Below, piece by piece: positions 24,394-38,989 of a stretch of 64,000 bases of DNA. Position 1 is the stretch's first letter. Every line of letters begins with the position of its first letter. The notes below the pieces were generated by a model, which ran no database searches, had not been told where the DNA came from, and worked only from the letters and a program-made list of their open reading frames with translations. The DNA comes from Octopus sinensis (lineage: Eukaryota): positions 52,824,001-52,888,000 of the forward strand of contig NC_042997.1 of the NCBI RefSeq assembly GCF_006345805.1, in the 5' to 3' direction. Made by a program: the position numbers and the translations under genes.

Positions 24394-24548
24394 TGAGGAG
24401 GTGCTGAAAAGATCCTGGTTTTGAGTAAAAGAAAATACAGGAGGATCAGTTAATTATGATTTTATTGCAGTGATCCGTCAGTTTTTCTAAGCCCTGCAAA
24501 AAAAAAATCGGATACTCTTAAAGCCAAGACCTTTTCAGCACCCCTTCG
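24394..24548. mobile_element. Mariner-derived MITE (155 bp)
   Basis: TA|tgaggaggtgctgaaaagatcctggtttt ... aaagccaagaccttttcagcaccccttcg|TA. Confidence 0.85.
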
Positions 24549-24859
24549 TATATGCATGCGCATTTACATAAATACTCTCAAAGCTGCATCATATTCTTTC
24601 TCCAGCAACTGCTAGCCACCAAACGTCTAAATGTATCCAAGATCATGCTTGAAAACATGAATCAATAGCATCATAAGAATCGAGACGTATTTCCTGAATG
24701 ATATTCAGTGGTACACATCAAGGGAGGATGCACAGCTCTGTCACAACAAAACATTTGATGAAAGGCTTAAGACTCCGCAGGGTTGTCAGAAACCTTTGGA
24801 GTGTTAGCAACAGGAATAACCGCAGTCTAAATTGGACCAATAATCGAAAGCACTACCAA

Positions 24860-25720
24860 TACTCCCTTCTGATCCCAAATGATCGTTGTGGTAGATGTAT
24901 GTAGGGAACAGAAAGTGTTGTCTGAGGAGGAATTGTTGTAGTTTGATTCATGAGGTATGTTTATGTCTTAGTGTAGGTTGCTCAAAATGCAATGGTAGCT
25001 TAATAGTAATGTCATGTCTTCTCTTATGATAAGTGTATTGTCTTTGTGATCATGCAGTTTATGTCGTAATGGTAATTAGTTTATAATGTCTCTGTATTGT
25101 CTTTACATCAGGGTGAGTTGTATTCATTGAAATGTCTCTCAAAGATAGTGTTTTGGAGTGTATTAAGATATTGGAGCTTGGAAGAGAACTTAGTGGCACA
25201 GTTGGTGTTGTCATATATATTATTTAGTATTTTAATGGTTTTCACATGGCTGGGCTGTATCCTGAATCCTCGCATTTTAAATATGTTTTCGTGTACCAGT
25301 ATTGTTTTGTGATATCTATGTTTTGGATGCATGAATCTATGTAATTTAAAGACTTTCACCATAGTTTTGTTTCTCTTTCTTTACCGGAGAGTACTAAGGA
25401 CTTGCGTGGTTTGCAGTATTTCCTCATATCATTTCAATGTGACTGCTATGTATGATGAAGTAGTATATTCAGTTTTGTAATTTTAAACTTATGTGACGTA
25501 TACTGCCTATCCTGAGCAGTACTCTGTATTTTGTTGTGCATGGGTTTATTGTTATTTTTACTCTTGTTATTCTTATTGTTGTGAAGATCATTCTTTGAGC
25601 TGGAAAATTTAATAGAAAAATAATGGTTTACTGTTTTTTGCTTTATTTTATGTTGGAATGCAGTTTATGCTTAGGACATTTTTGTTTTGTATCATAGCTG
25701 TTGCATTTAGAAATACAAAT
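24860..25720 (-). mobile_element. Highly degenerate non-LTR retrotransposon-like region
   Basis: A-rich minus strand with faint post-RT text (KLQYLNTLQN; LRDISMNTTHP). No intact motif. Confidence 0.3.
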
Positions 25721-26524
25721 CAGCTAACACCTTGAAAGTTTCATCAACTACAGCAAATTCACCCATTACTTCGGTTGGCAGAAGTTTCATTTTCTACATA
25801 CACGCATTTACAGTTGCCTATTTCGTTTTCACTTAAAGTGATAAATGAAATATGTTTTTCCTACTCGAGACTATCCAGGTGCCATCTACTTACATTATGT
25901 TAACGATCAAGCTTCCTCTCTTAAAACAGAATTTTCTCTTTTGAATTAAGCTTTGTATACCATGGTTGTGCTGTTTAAATTATATATTATGAATTATATA
26001 TGAAGAGGCAAATAACACCCTAAATTTGGTAAGAGAGACTGAACATATTTGTATCTCTAAATCCTGTCTGAATAATTAATTCCCTCTTGCTTCAAGTAGA
26101 GACTGCGCATATCTGCAAACACTTAAATTTGGCTTCAAATAATAAAACGAATATTATTCTGTATGCTTAAAACTTGAAGCTCGTATTTCATCATTCTCAA
26201 TGTAATCATTCTTTGTCTAATCAATGTGTGTTCATTCTCTTAGTATTTCACCTACCAGATTCCGTAATCTAAAAATGTCAAATTATTTATCCATAATTCA
26301 ATCAATTTTATGGATCCTGTCGTAGAAAACCCGAAAAGATAGCAATCATTGGATTTTTTCATTTGGAAAGATTATGAACTTATAGAAGTTATTCCGATCA
26401 GACAAAGGATTTAAAACATTCTATTTATATATATATATGTATTTCGTATCGATGACTTATAGCATATGGTGAATGACTACAATAAGAATAATCGTTTCTA
26501 ATTTAGGGATAAGGGCTGAAGTTT

Positions 26525-26870
26525 TAGGGAAGAGGGAAAAAGCGATTACGCTGACCCCAATACTTGTCGGGTACTGACAAGTACTTTATTTTATCGACCC
26601 CGAAAGGATAACGACAAAGTTGACTTCTGCAGTATTTGAACTCAGAATGTAAAGAGCCGGAAGAACTACAACTAAGCATTTTGTCCAACGTGATAACGAT
26701 TCTGCCAGCTCGCTGCCTTATTGCTTCCAATTTTCGGTTTAAGGCGAGCAACTACAGCTGGAAGGGGTTTGTCGATTATATTGACCCCAGTGCTCACCTG
26801 GCATTTATTCTATTGACTCCGAAAGGATGAAAGGCAAAGCTGACCACAGCTGAATATGAACTCAAAACGA
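26525..26870 (-). mobile_element. Two adjacent diverged family B SINE copies
   Basis: tttatcgaccccgaaaggat...gaactcagaat...gattctgccagctcgc (26525-26715) and a partial copy at 26755-26870. Confidence 0.75.
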
Positions 26871-28376
26871 AGAAAGAAATACTTAACAGCATTTCTTCCG
26901 AATCGCTGTCTTGAAATTGCTTAAGACATGTATTAAGTTAATTGATGTTTCTCTTTATACGTTTCACATTATTAACGTCTGTCTAGACAAGTTACGTTTC
27001 TAAGTGGTTATACAATCCATATATGCTTGTCTATATGCAAACAGCTTGTTCTCTTTACGTACTGCAATGAGAGAAGGAAGACAGCAACAGGATAAGCTAC
27101 TGGAAAACTAATCGAGAGACCATAAGTTCGAATTCTGTTACAACCACTGATAGTTAAGTGACCTAAACACTGATTTCTCAACGATTGATGCTACCTAATG
27201 AAAATAGCCGTTTTAAGTGGCAGCAGTACTGTAAAATTGGCAAGAGGTAAATCGTTAGCTTGCTGATTTCAAATCCTCTTTTGAGCTTGGAGAATCTCGT
27301 TCCATGTCTTCTTTCTTTTAATCATTATATGAAGACTGGGTCTTCAGTGTTACTGTATCCCAATATGCATTTGTGCATCATTAATATTATCCAACCAGAA
27401 AAAAAAATGACTCTTATCTTTACTCGTTGATGTCACTAAATCTAGTTAGTATTTGTAATTCTTTTAATAGTTTTCAACTTTGATTTTACGTATTTGAAAA
27501 ATAAATTAATTTCATTTGGTAAAGCTCATTCCCGGACTGATTCCTCACGATCTTAAGAAAAAAGACTATGATAAAAGATTTAATGAAACTTTACAACAAA
27601 CATTTTCTGTATAATTTTATAGCCTAAAAGCATAATCATATAAAAAAAGTATTTGGCATTTCTTTAACAAAAGTTGTTATCTGGATTCTATAACTTTAAA
27701 ACTTAATATATGCATCAATGAAGCCATCATAAATCTCAGAGCTCACTGTTTGTTTCTTTTATTCATTACTTTTTAATTAATCACCCTTCACAAAAGACTG
27801 AACATGTGTATGAACTTCTGTTCAGCAGAGGAAAGTCTCAAATTACAACCCGCTACAAAGAACAAAGCGTTTATTATGAAATAGTATTATGAAGTGTACA
27901 CAACTACATTCTGTGAAAATGGAAAATACTTTCTGGATAAAAAGTGTCATGGTTTTTATCTTTTATGCAAGTCCATACACACAGTGCATATATACATACA
28001 GATGCCAATGAGAAAATATCGATATTCTAGTTTCGCCTACGACTATAAATGGCATTGCCATTTAAAACATTTCTTTTCATGTGACTAACATAAACAAGAT
28101 GAAAGCTGAAATAAATCTTCTGGTTTTACATGCCTCTGTTTTTAATACGACTCATCGTTCAAACTTTTGTAGTTTCGAATACGCTTTTTTCACTTTTGTT
28201 ATTATCAATGATCTTTTATGCATTATTTTTATTGATAGATTACTGAAAATTCTTTGAGGATCTCTTGATGAAATACGCTTTGTATTATTTCCATTCGTTA
28301 TCAACTGTACAGAATATATATATAGTATGTACTAATATACATACATATATAGATACATTTATATATAGATAGATAA

Positions 28377-28411
<35 letters not shown>

Positions 28412-28412
28412 T

Positions 28413-28449
<37 letters not shown>

Positions 28450-29234
28450 ATATATTTTGTCAATAGTATGTGTTTCAGTAAATAACTAGAAACTATTGCA
28501 CATCAAACTTTTTCAAGTGTTTCAGTCTTATCACAACCATTCCTATCAAAATTACTCACACATCAGAACGAATATTATGAACACTTTAACTGACAGATGT
28601 TGAAGTCACATCAGACAATTAAATGGGATCATGAAAAAAGTTCTCCGAAATAACTCTATTAACGAGTAGAGTTGGCACATATTTTTTTTGTTTGAAGTTT
28701 CTGTGGCCATATGTTCGAAATTGCCATAGTTAATATCTGTCCAGCACAGACATGGTTCTCACAATTCCATTATTGAATGATTAGACAGTGACTATTAGTG
28801 CTGTCTTTAGATTCAAGCCACCCTTGATTGAGCAGATCTATGCTCCAAATTATTCTATATGTAACTTCGCCGTTGTTTTGTATATCTAGAACCACTTTGT
28901 CCAATGTATCCTTTCTGTTTTAAGAATACAGGGCTATGTTACAGTAAATAGATAGAGACGGCATATGTTGCTTGATAACAGAAATAAAACTCCGTTATAG
29001 TAGGTCAACTTACTATTCATTTAAGAGTTTTAAAATAAGTTCGAACAACATATTAGAAAAATATTTAGACAAAAAAGCTGTTTTTGTATCGTGGACACAA
29101 ATATTCACTGGAATATCTAACTGCAGAAACAACTACTATCACAACACGAATTAAGCTTTGTCCTTACTCCTACACAATGTCAGATGATTGAGGTGAGATC
29201 CTACGAATTAAGTCATTTTAATACTTAATTTAGG

Positions 29235-29420
29235 TGATCAGTAAGCTGGAAGAATCGTTACCATGTCGGCCAAAATGATCAGCGGCATATCTTCCGACTC
29301 TTTACGTTCAGAGTTCAAATTCCACCGAGATCGACTTTGTCTTTTACCCTTTTGGGGTCGATAAAATAAAGTACCAGTTAAGTACTGGGATAGATGTACT
29401 CGACTTACTGCTGCCTTAAA
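29235..29420 (+). mobile_element. Family B SINE (diverged)
   Basis: agctggaagaatcgtta...gagttcaaattccaccgag...ggggtcgataaaataaagtaccag. Confidence 0.75.
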
Positions 29421-30104
29421 AATTACTGACGTTGTGCTATAGTTAAAAATAATAATCAATATTGGTGTATAGAAGAAATATGTGAATGTTGTTATACGTT
29501 ACGGTTTTGGGCTGAACTGAACATGTACACGAAACATGATAATATCAGAACAACCCAGTATTATACAGCCTGTCACTCTTGCGCCTGCTGCTGTTTATCA
29601 TTATCATAATCAAATGCACACATAGCTGGAATAGCTATAGACGTATAACCATCAAATAAACAACGAATAGCAAAAGATCACACGCATGGTGAAGCAGCTT
29701 TATTATTATTGTTGTTGTTGTTTTTTTTCTTTTGTAAAGTTATCTAACGTGGGATCAAGAACAAAGGTTTATTCAACTGACTCCAATGCATTACATATTA
29801 TTTGACTGAACATATAAGAATGGGAAACAAGGCTGAACCAGGTGGGATTTGAATGCCGGATGTCAAGTATTTAGTTTGGTGTGAGATTGCTTCCACCATC
29901 GTTCAGAAGAAGAATAAAAAGCCCATTTCTCTTTGATAACAAGCAATTTATATTTTGTTCTTTAAGGTTTTGTTGGTAGAATTGAGTTAAGATATCCAAT
30001 ATAGTCTACCAAAGTAGGAATAACCAAACGTATGGAAATAGAAATTAATTCATTGTTATATCATACTAAATGCGAGTGGATACGGCTATAAATAATAATT
30101 AATG

Positions 30105-30700
30105 ATGGTCAGCTGAAAAGATCATTAGCTGATCAAGAATGGAATGTAGCAAATGAGGTTTATTTTTCAACATAATCCCCCTTACGGTCCACACACGTTT
30201 TCCATCGGTGTTGCAGTGCCTGAATTCCATTGGTGAAGACGCTTTCAGCGGCAGATATGACATCATCTCTGTGACACTGGTTCCCAGTCAAGAGTTTTTT
30301 TCATATTGATGAATAGTCAGATGGGGGCCCAAATTGGGAGAATAGGGAGGTTGTCCGTTGAAACCAAGGACTTATGTGTTCTGATGAAACAAGACCCATT
30401 TCATTAGTTTTCCTGGTTGTTTGGTCTGGATTACCTTTCGTAGCTGCCTCAGCAAGTTGACATGGTACTCTCCATTGATGGTGTGACTCTTTTGAAGATA
30501 GTCATAAACACAATGCATCCAAAAAACTGAGGCCAGATGAAACGACTTTGGCCTTATTTGGAGCAGGCGAGGTGTTTTCATTGTATGGATTGTCTCTTTG
30601 TCTCTGGCTCAAAATGATAAAGCCAACACTCATCCAGGATTAGGAAATATTCAAGGAAACCAGCAGGGTCTACCTAAAACAATGTCAGATTCTCCCGTGA
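30105..30700 (-). mobile_element. Mariner (irritans-like) internally deleted relic
   Basis: LASVFWMHCVYDYLQKSHTINGEYHVNLLRQLRKVIQTKQPGKL..VLFHQ resembles the mariner catalytic region. TIR-like ggtcagctgaaaag at ~30107. Confidence 0.7.
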
Positions 30701-31642
30701 TTATTTTTTTGTTATCGTGGTTGCTGTCGACGTCATTGTTTAGCTTCAGTTAGATTAGGGCAGATTTATGACCAAAGGTATTCATGTCGTAAACATTGTC
30801 TTCTCTTTTTTTTTTTCTTTTTCAAAGCTAAATATACTCGTGTGTATATAATCCAATATGTCCCTCACTTTTTAAGAATAGATGTAATTTGAGGGTGATT
30901 TGAATGCTATTTCTGGCAGATCGAGCGACTATGTAGAGACTCCTCCGTTGAAATTAGGAAATGATGTTACGGTTTTCATTTCAATATACAAAATTTAAAG
31001 AAAAAAGATTTTCTTGCAAATAGAATAGAAAAGAAAAAATCTAGGAAATCTCATTTCCATACTACTTGAGTTTTTAAAATCTAATTCGGTTTGTCATAAG
31101 TTGAATTCGCACAAAATCAATTAGGAACAGGGATAATTAACTTGTAAATGAATTGGCCAAGCCTTATATCCAAAAATCTTTAAGTAAGGTAATTAATTAC
31201 TTAAACGCTAAATAGTTTATTGAACTAACCACAGACACACACATACGATGTAAGAACAATGGTATACACCATACAGACGTATACAGAAAAACATATATTA
31301 TTTTTATTTCAGAAATAGTAGTATGGACAAACAACTCACATAAGGGATTTGCTAACAAAAACAGATCGAAAACATAATAAACGGATGAGATTAATCTCCA
31401 TAAGTTTATCAAATTAGCCACTTAATCGAATTACACATTTAGAGAGTTATTAACGCCACAGTTCACTATCAGAGTCATATACTTATACATGTGTACCTAG
31501 TGATGTCAATGTGTTTATACATGATTATATTGATATACATTTATACTTAATGCGAGCGTGCACGCAGACACAACACACACACACACACACACACACATAT
31601 ACTGCGTGTGTGTGTGTGTGTGTGTGTATAAATATATAATAT

Positions 31643-31675
<33 letters not shown>

Positions 31676-31690
31676 TATATAATATATATA

Positions 31691-31870
31691 TATATCACAT
31701 TGAAAACACCGGTTCTCGTCCGTTCACAGAAGTTAAGCAACGTCAAGTCTAGTTAATACTTAGATGGATGACCACTTGTGAAAACTAGGTGCTGTAAGCA
31801 CCTCACACTATTTAAGGCGGTGCTCCAGCATGGCTGCAGTCAAATGACTGAAACAGGTGAAATAATAAAA
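31691..31870 (+). mobile_element. 5S rRNA-derived SINE (SINE3-like): 5S body fused to the family A / CR1-type tail
   Basis: cacattgaaaacaccggttctcgtccg..gaagttaagcaacg..gttaatactt.gatggatgacc..ggtgctgtaagca matches 5S rRNA from about nt 10 to the end. It is followed after ~14 nt by ggcggtgctccagcatggctgcagtcaaatgactgaaac. Confidence 0.8.
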
Positions 31871-31900
31871 TTATATCTAAATATAGACACACATATACAT

Positions 31901-31951
<51 letters not shown>

Positions 31952-32277
31952 TTCACATGTCACAAATTAGTATTTATAATGTTTTATGTCATATATGTTA
32001 AAAGTTTTTGCGATTAATTTGTAATTATTTAATCAGATTATTAACTTTAATTCTGTTCAAAATCTTTAAATCGGAGTGTGATGCTTCACCGTTTTAGTTG
32101 AATAAGCTATACTTCTAGGACTGAGTGGCTAACGAAATAGCAGAAACATTTCGGCTGCTTAATTTATTGGGAGATTGTCGGGCACTCTGTATTTCAATCG
32201 GTAACACGGTCATCAAAAAACAAAAACAAACAAGAAAAAAAAGCCATATAGATATGCAGTTCAGGTCTTATCTTTAA

Positions 32278-32569
<292 letters not shown>

Positions 32570-32637
32570 TGTAGGTCCCGGGTGATCCGGGTTAACCACA
32601 GTAAGTAAGGTACTCAATACATAGCAGAGTAAAATTA

Positions 32638-32770
32638 ATTTATTATATAGAAGGAGCTTCTACAGGATAGTACTGTTTCATTCAAGAGAAATCTTCAGGA
32701 AGCAGAGCTTCTGAAGATTTCTCTTGAATGAAACAGTACTAGTCCTGTAGAAGCTCCTTCTATATAATAA

Positions 32771-32772
<2 letters not shown>
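32638..32772. repeat. Near-perfect palindrome (66-bp arms, 3-nt loop) made of two head-to-head hammerhead motifs
   Basis: 32638-32703 pairs with 32707-32772, with two single-base indels. Confidence 0.92.
32656..32703 (-). ncRNA. Type-I hammerhead ribozyme candidate
   Basis: GCUUC-CUGAAGA-U-UUC(UCUU)GAA-U-GAAA-CAG(UACUAUC)CUG-UA^GAAGC. All conserved core nucleotides and stems I and III are present; the 10.1-11.1 pair is U.U. Confidence 0.7.
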
Positions 32773-32803
<31 letters not shown>

Positions 32804-32818
32804 ATATATACATACATA

Positions 32819-32886
<68 letters not shown>

Positions 32887-33072
32887 ATAATATATATATA
32901 TATATATTATAATATATATATACAAAAATTCTATAATTATAAGCATAATTATAATAAGGGTTCAGCAAATTGCTTCACCACATATCGAAATTTAGAAAAA
33001 GCAGTTAAATACTATTCCTCTACCATAAGATATCTCCCAGACAACTGTCTGTGTGTACACACACACACATGA

Positions 33073-33103
<31 letters not shown>

Positions 33104-33474
33104 TGTATGTATGTATGTATGTATGTATGTATGTATGTATGTATAGAACCAGATTGGATTAGAACGTGTACTAGCGGCTTAGCAGATTAAGGATATTATT
33201 GCTCCTGGTTTAGAACAAATTTTCCCAATTCGGAAACCATAAACAAATCTAGGATTAAGATATTTGATGACGTTTGGAAACCGAACTAATTGAAGTACTG
33301 CATAGAAATAAATATCACAAATATAAAGTTAAATAATTTGGAAAATGTTTAATCTTAATTTATATATTGCTTAATAAATATTAGTGAAATGAATCTCAGA
33401 TGAGTAATGACAGTAAATGAAAAGTGATTTTGTTCAGAGAGAGAGAGGGGAAGAGAGAGAGATAGTATGTGTGT

Positions 33475-33513
<39 letters not shown>

Positions 33514-36304
33514 GTGCGTGTGTGCGCGTGTATGTGTGCACTCATGCGTGAGTTTCCGTTTGTGTGTGAGTTACTGTGTGCGTGTTTGTCGCAACAAGTG
33601 GTGGTTGTGTCCCAGCACAACTGAAAGACAGCAGAAGAATATATCGCTTTTATAACTATCTTTCATCTCTTCATTCAACTTCAGGTCCCTCTGTTTCGCA
33701 ACACAAACTATTCTTTCCGTTTCTCTTGCTGGCACTCTACTGTTAATAATCTCCAATACAGACGAATATCTTTCATCTCGGCTTTCATTTTGCTTTTCGC
33801 TATTTATATATAGTTTGACACTTTGATCTCTCCAGCTTGTATTTTCTTTGATTTATAGCACTCTCTATATAACCTTATACTATTCGTTCAGTCATTCCCA
33901 CTATTTCCATCTCATATTGTCTCTTTGCCTTCTGCGCAATATCTTTTCTTTTTTTTTGTTTTTTATCGCCATTTTCATTTATCCATTCTTTAATTCCATT
34001 ACTTTTTTACAACCTAACATTTATGGACAGTTAATATAAAAAGGATTTTTTTAGATATATTTTTCCCTGCTATTTATTAAATTGTTCATACTATTCGATC
34101 ACCCTCAACACATTTCTAGTAAATCAGACCTAGTGAAGAAATGTTTTGTTTGTAACAGATAATTTGGCGAATACTAAGATATTTTGCCACTGCGGAGGAG
34201 GAGGAAAAAGAATAGAAAGCAAGGAGGAAGAAGACTAGAAATGATAGGAGGGGGTTATTTTAATAATATTTCCTGATAAAAGTACAGGTTCACAAATGTT
34301 AACAGCTTTTATCTTACCCACCTTGCAGAAAAAGAAGCAACGTCGACCTTTGTGTCTTTGCCTAAAGGAAGTTCCAACATTTCTTCTACTTTTTAACCAT
34401 GGTGGTTAAATTCTACCATACATAACGTTTCTATAGTTGGTAAAAACGCTATTGTCAGCCTCAACATCAGCAATACTTTCGGCCATTTGTAGCACTTAAA
34501 GCTCCAGCAATACTATCCGTTTATAGGTGTCATCTGTCCCACTCAGACCGCACCATCGCGTCCTATGCAGACTCTCTCTCTCTCTCTCTCTCTCTCTTCT
34601 CATTCTCTCTCTTCCCCTCTTTCTCTGGTTATCATACGTTCAGAAACTTCTGTACATAAATCTTCGTCCTATTACTGTGTATTTTTATGCATTTAATTTA
34701 ATTGTATTTCTGTTAATGATTACTGTAGAACATATACTTAGCGATAAATTATAGGTGACTATGAGACACGCTGTTGCCTGCCAGATTTTGCATCTCTATA
34801 CTGTGTCAAGCAGTTGTTAATCCAACCCGAACTATCTTGATGTGGGCAAACCTAACCTGTAGAACTGTGTAGAATCTTTTAGTACTTCAAACCTAGCCAA
34901 TATTGTGACACGGGGAATGGGTGCAGTTTAGTGTCATACCCAGGGTCTTGATAACGAAATAGTGAAATACTAATGGCTAAGAGAACAAGATGATTGAAGA
35001 TATCAGTCTATTCTAGCTATAGTTTACAATCATCCCGTAAGATATATCTAACACATTTCCGCCTGTTCCACCCGACTTTGGACTTCACAATAACCCCAGC
35101 ATACAAGGTTAGAGAGATCATTGGCACTTACCTAACGTTCTACCTCAGGTCCTCGGAAGGAAGTGGATGGACAAAGAGTATCCTGGACGGTAGTCGAAAG
35201 AACCATCTTCATCACTGATATTTAGACTCGAGCTTCTTTTGGGGCTGTGTATGCAGAATAAATTTTAAAGTTCATTGAGAACAACAAAAATCTGCCGACT
35301 TGGACTGCAATTCGTACTATATAATGACCAAATACATCCCGGTTTAACACAACCAGTATCGCTTATTCTTGATTATACCAACTGTGATAACGCTTTTATA
35401 ATCATACGAAATACAGTTCCAACTTCTGGGAACCTTCTCTTTCTACATTTTACCTGCAAAACATTGACCTACTAACGTTCAGGCTGGTCATCGGCTGCAT
35501 CAATTTCATCGGCCTGGGGGGACAGCAAAAGTCAGAGTTCCCACTCTCCTCCTTTAATTAATTTATATAAAAAAAAAGAGAAAGAAGAAAGATTGTTATT
35601 GAGGTTCATGTTTGTGCTTCCGTGACAGTTTAATGTGTCGAATGCAAGCAGGCTGACATTTCATGAAGGTCAATCGACAAAGTAGAAACAATGGAGTGAA
35701 AGCATTTGTTGCAATACAACTGAAGTGTACGCGTGCGCGTGTGTATAATGCGCGTGTGTGTAGATCATTATCCGTTACATATGTGATATCAGTAAAAAAG
35801 AAAAAAAAAACTACTGTTTGTAAAACACGGTTTTTAGTGTTTGTATTCTGTGTAAAGTATGTGAAATGCGTATTAATGTTTGTATTATATATGTATGTAT
35901 ATAAACACATTTCTGTACAAGATGTATACGTATGTATGTTGTCACTGAGAAATCAACTATATATTCATACATGTCTTCACAGACGTATTATGTATACTAC
36001 ACAATTATACAAAGTATTTCACAGTTAAGATGGTAAATGCCAAGCGCGTTTAGGATATAGAAAAATGTTTTATGGATGTGCAAATATACATTGAATCAAA
36101 GAAGATAGATGGATAGATATTTGGATGAATATCCTTTGAATATTCTTTATATACACAAGAGATAAAACATCTTTATAACAATTTACAGTATGTTTCTGTT
36201 CAATACACCCATTATGCTTTTCCTTTATTCATTGTAAAACTCTTGATTATAAACTTCTATATTCAGATTCTAAATGTAATGTACAAAGACATCATCATAA
36301 TCTC

Positions 36305-36312
36305 TCACTTTC

Positions 36313-36391
<79 letters not shown>

Positions 36392-36395
36392 GTCT
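36305..36395. repeat. (TC)n microsatellite
   Basis: Direct. Confidence 0.9.
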
Positions 36396-37215
36396 TTTCT
36401 CTCTTCCTTTCGCTATGTATTATGAGATAATAAAACTAATGACTCCTAACTATGTAATGTAATGTGTCATCCTTTCTGGGTTTTAGATGCTATAGTTTAC
36501 TTTAAAAAAAGTTTTGGCTACTACTTCTTGCAGGTCGAGAAACCACGTAAGTTTCGTCCATGTCTTATCGTTGTGTTTGTTGATTTTCATGACAAGACAC
36601 TTCCGACCAAATATATGTTGGCAATGGAAGCTGTCGATGGGTTAAAATTACATAACTTTATTGTCAGTTTCTAGAAATGTAAGTGAACGCGATTTTCGTC
36701 ATCAGGAATATAATTTTGAAAATAATCTGGGGAACATTTGAAGAAGTGGATGGAAGAAATTTAACAAAATCCATATTGTACTTATAGATGATTACCTGGT
36801 GTATTTGAACTATTTAGATTATTTTGCGTATGCAGTGTATGCTTAAATCTATCTATATAGCAACGCTGGATAAAGACCAGTTTCTGTACCCTCATCAACA
36901 TGCTTGAATTAAAGATTATTAAATGGAGATATGGAGTTAACAGCAATAGCTTAATGTTTGTTCACATTTTGGTATCCAGGCATGCAGTCAAGTGATCACA
37001 TCACATGTTATTTCTCTTTGTATTCCTTATTCTCATACACATTTATCCACTAGGTTTACTACACTTTATGACGATTGCTACTATAAGAACGTAACAGTAT
37101 CATTTGACCATTACCATACACAGAAGTAACGTCATATAATCTTGGGATGGCCGCTTGCATATATAATAAAAATGCATTGCAACTTTATAAATACATTTAT
37201 TGCATGGAAGACGGT

Positions 37216-37276
<61 letters not shown>

Positions 37277-38050
37277 ATAGGAGAAAGAAAGAGGAAGAGA
37301 GAAAGCAAAGTGTGTTTGAGTATTTATGTTTGTGAGTATTCGTCTGTCTGTATCTGTGTCTGTTAAATCTAACATTATGCATAATAATTCGAATTAACTG
37401 ATGTGTAATTTAGATTGGAAAGGAGTCATAGTTCTGAAATAACAATACATATTACCGAAATAAACGAAATATAAAGTTTGATATGGAATGATAATTGCCG
37501 TTACTGTATGATAGAGTTCAGTCTTATATGACACTGACGGAAACTTCGTTTGCAACCAATCTGCAAGTCAATTAATTCCACGAGATCCTGCAAGGAATGA
37601 ATAATACGTGTATAAAAAACTGAAAATAGTCTTACACAAGAATCTGTATTATGAAACGAGCCAAACGGGGAGTTTCTGTGTGGTCGCTTAACCTGCACGA
37701 AATAGCAACCAAATCTCCCACAAATTACAACCTTCTGCTTTAGAATAGGGAAAGATACTATGTATAATGCAGTCTTAGATGTGCATAAAAATAAAGGATG
37801 GTCTTGACTAGGGTCTTGACTATGTTAGAGCTGATCTGGAGTTAAACAACAACAACAACAACAATAGAGTGATTGCATTTGATGTGTTTGATACCATCAG
37901 AAGAATAAAAAAACAAAGATGCTTTCGAACAGAATTCAACCTGAAAACTCTGATTTTATCAACTGCAACCGGGTTTTCTGGAATTTTCCTAAAGGTAAAA
38001 TGTCTCTTCTAGCACTGTGTAATATTTATTCGCAACTTCTCAACAAAGAG

Positions 38051-38262
38051 AAGGCGCAGGAGAAGGCGCTGGAGTGGCTGTGTGGTAAGTGGCTTGCTAA
38101 CCAACCACATGGTTCCAGGTTCAGTCCCACTGCGTGGCATCTTGGGCAAGCGTCTTCTGCTATAGTCCCGAGCCGACCAATGCCTTGTGAGTGGATTTGG
38201 TAGACGGAAACTGAAAGAAGCCTGTCGTATATATGTATGTATGTATATATATATATATATAT

Positions 38263-38317
<55 letters not shown>

Positions 38318-38530
38318 TGTGTGTCTGTGTTTGTCCCCCTAGCATTGCTTGATAACCGATGCTGGTGTGTTTGCATCCCCGTCACTTAGCGGTTCGGCAA
38401 AAGAGACCGATAGAATAAGTACTGGGCTTACAAAGAATAAGTCCCGGGGCCGATTTGCTCGACTAAAGGCGGTGCTCCAGCATGGCCGCAGTCAAATGAC
38501 TGAAACAAGTAAAAGAGTAAAAGGGTAAAG
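38051..38530 (+). mobile_element. Full-length tRNA-SINE family A
   Basis: Same head, body, internal microsatellite and tail as 4672-5091; 5' tip duplicated (aaggcgcaggag aaggcgctggag). Confidence 0.9.
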
Positions 38531-38989
38531 ATGATTGTGCATGAGGTATTTCTGTACATAAAAACACATTTGCTATACGATTCACTTCTAGTCTCATTTC
38601 GCTTATGCATCCTTAATCTCAGTCTCACTACCAAACCATCACCATTTCTGCATATATCAGGTAGTCCGGCCAGAGCCTTATTTCAACCCACCCCTTTCAT
38701 CTATATGCCACGTCTCGGACCAAGTGGCACTTCAAGTTAGCTGGCTAGTCTATGTTAACTATCTCTAGAAGTTCAAAGGCTCTAACCTGACTCATCAGAG
38801 GCAACTAAAGAGGAAGACTGAAACCATCTTCTCAACGTGGCCTCTCACATCCAACACACAACCAAAACTCATGAATTCAACTATTTATGGGTTCAGTGTT
38901 AGCTATAATACAACTACACAGACAAATGCACCGTTTATATCAGTAGGAAAAATTCACCTACATATACGAATTGAACGGGTTTTACCTAT

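Noticed and set aside
31691-31800. Functional 5S rRNA gene
   Set aside because: First ~10 nt replaced by (TA)n, many substitutions, no T-run terminator, and fused to a SINE tail.
33590-34530. Candidate exons at 33.6-33.8 kb and 34.3-34.5 kb
   Set aside because: Short frames with stops and no recognisable homology; cannot be supported from sequence alone.
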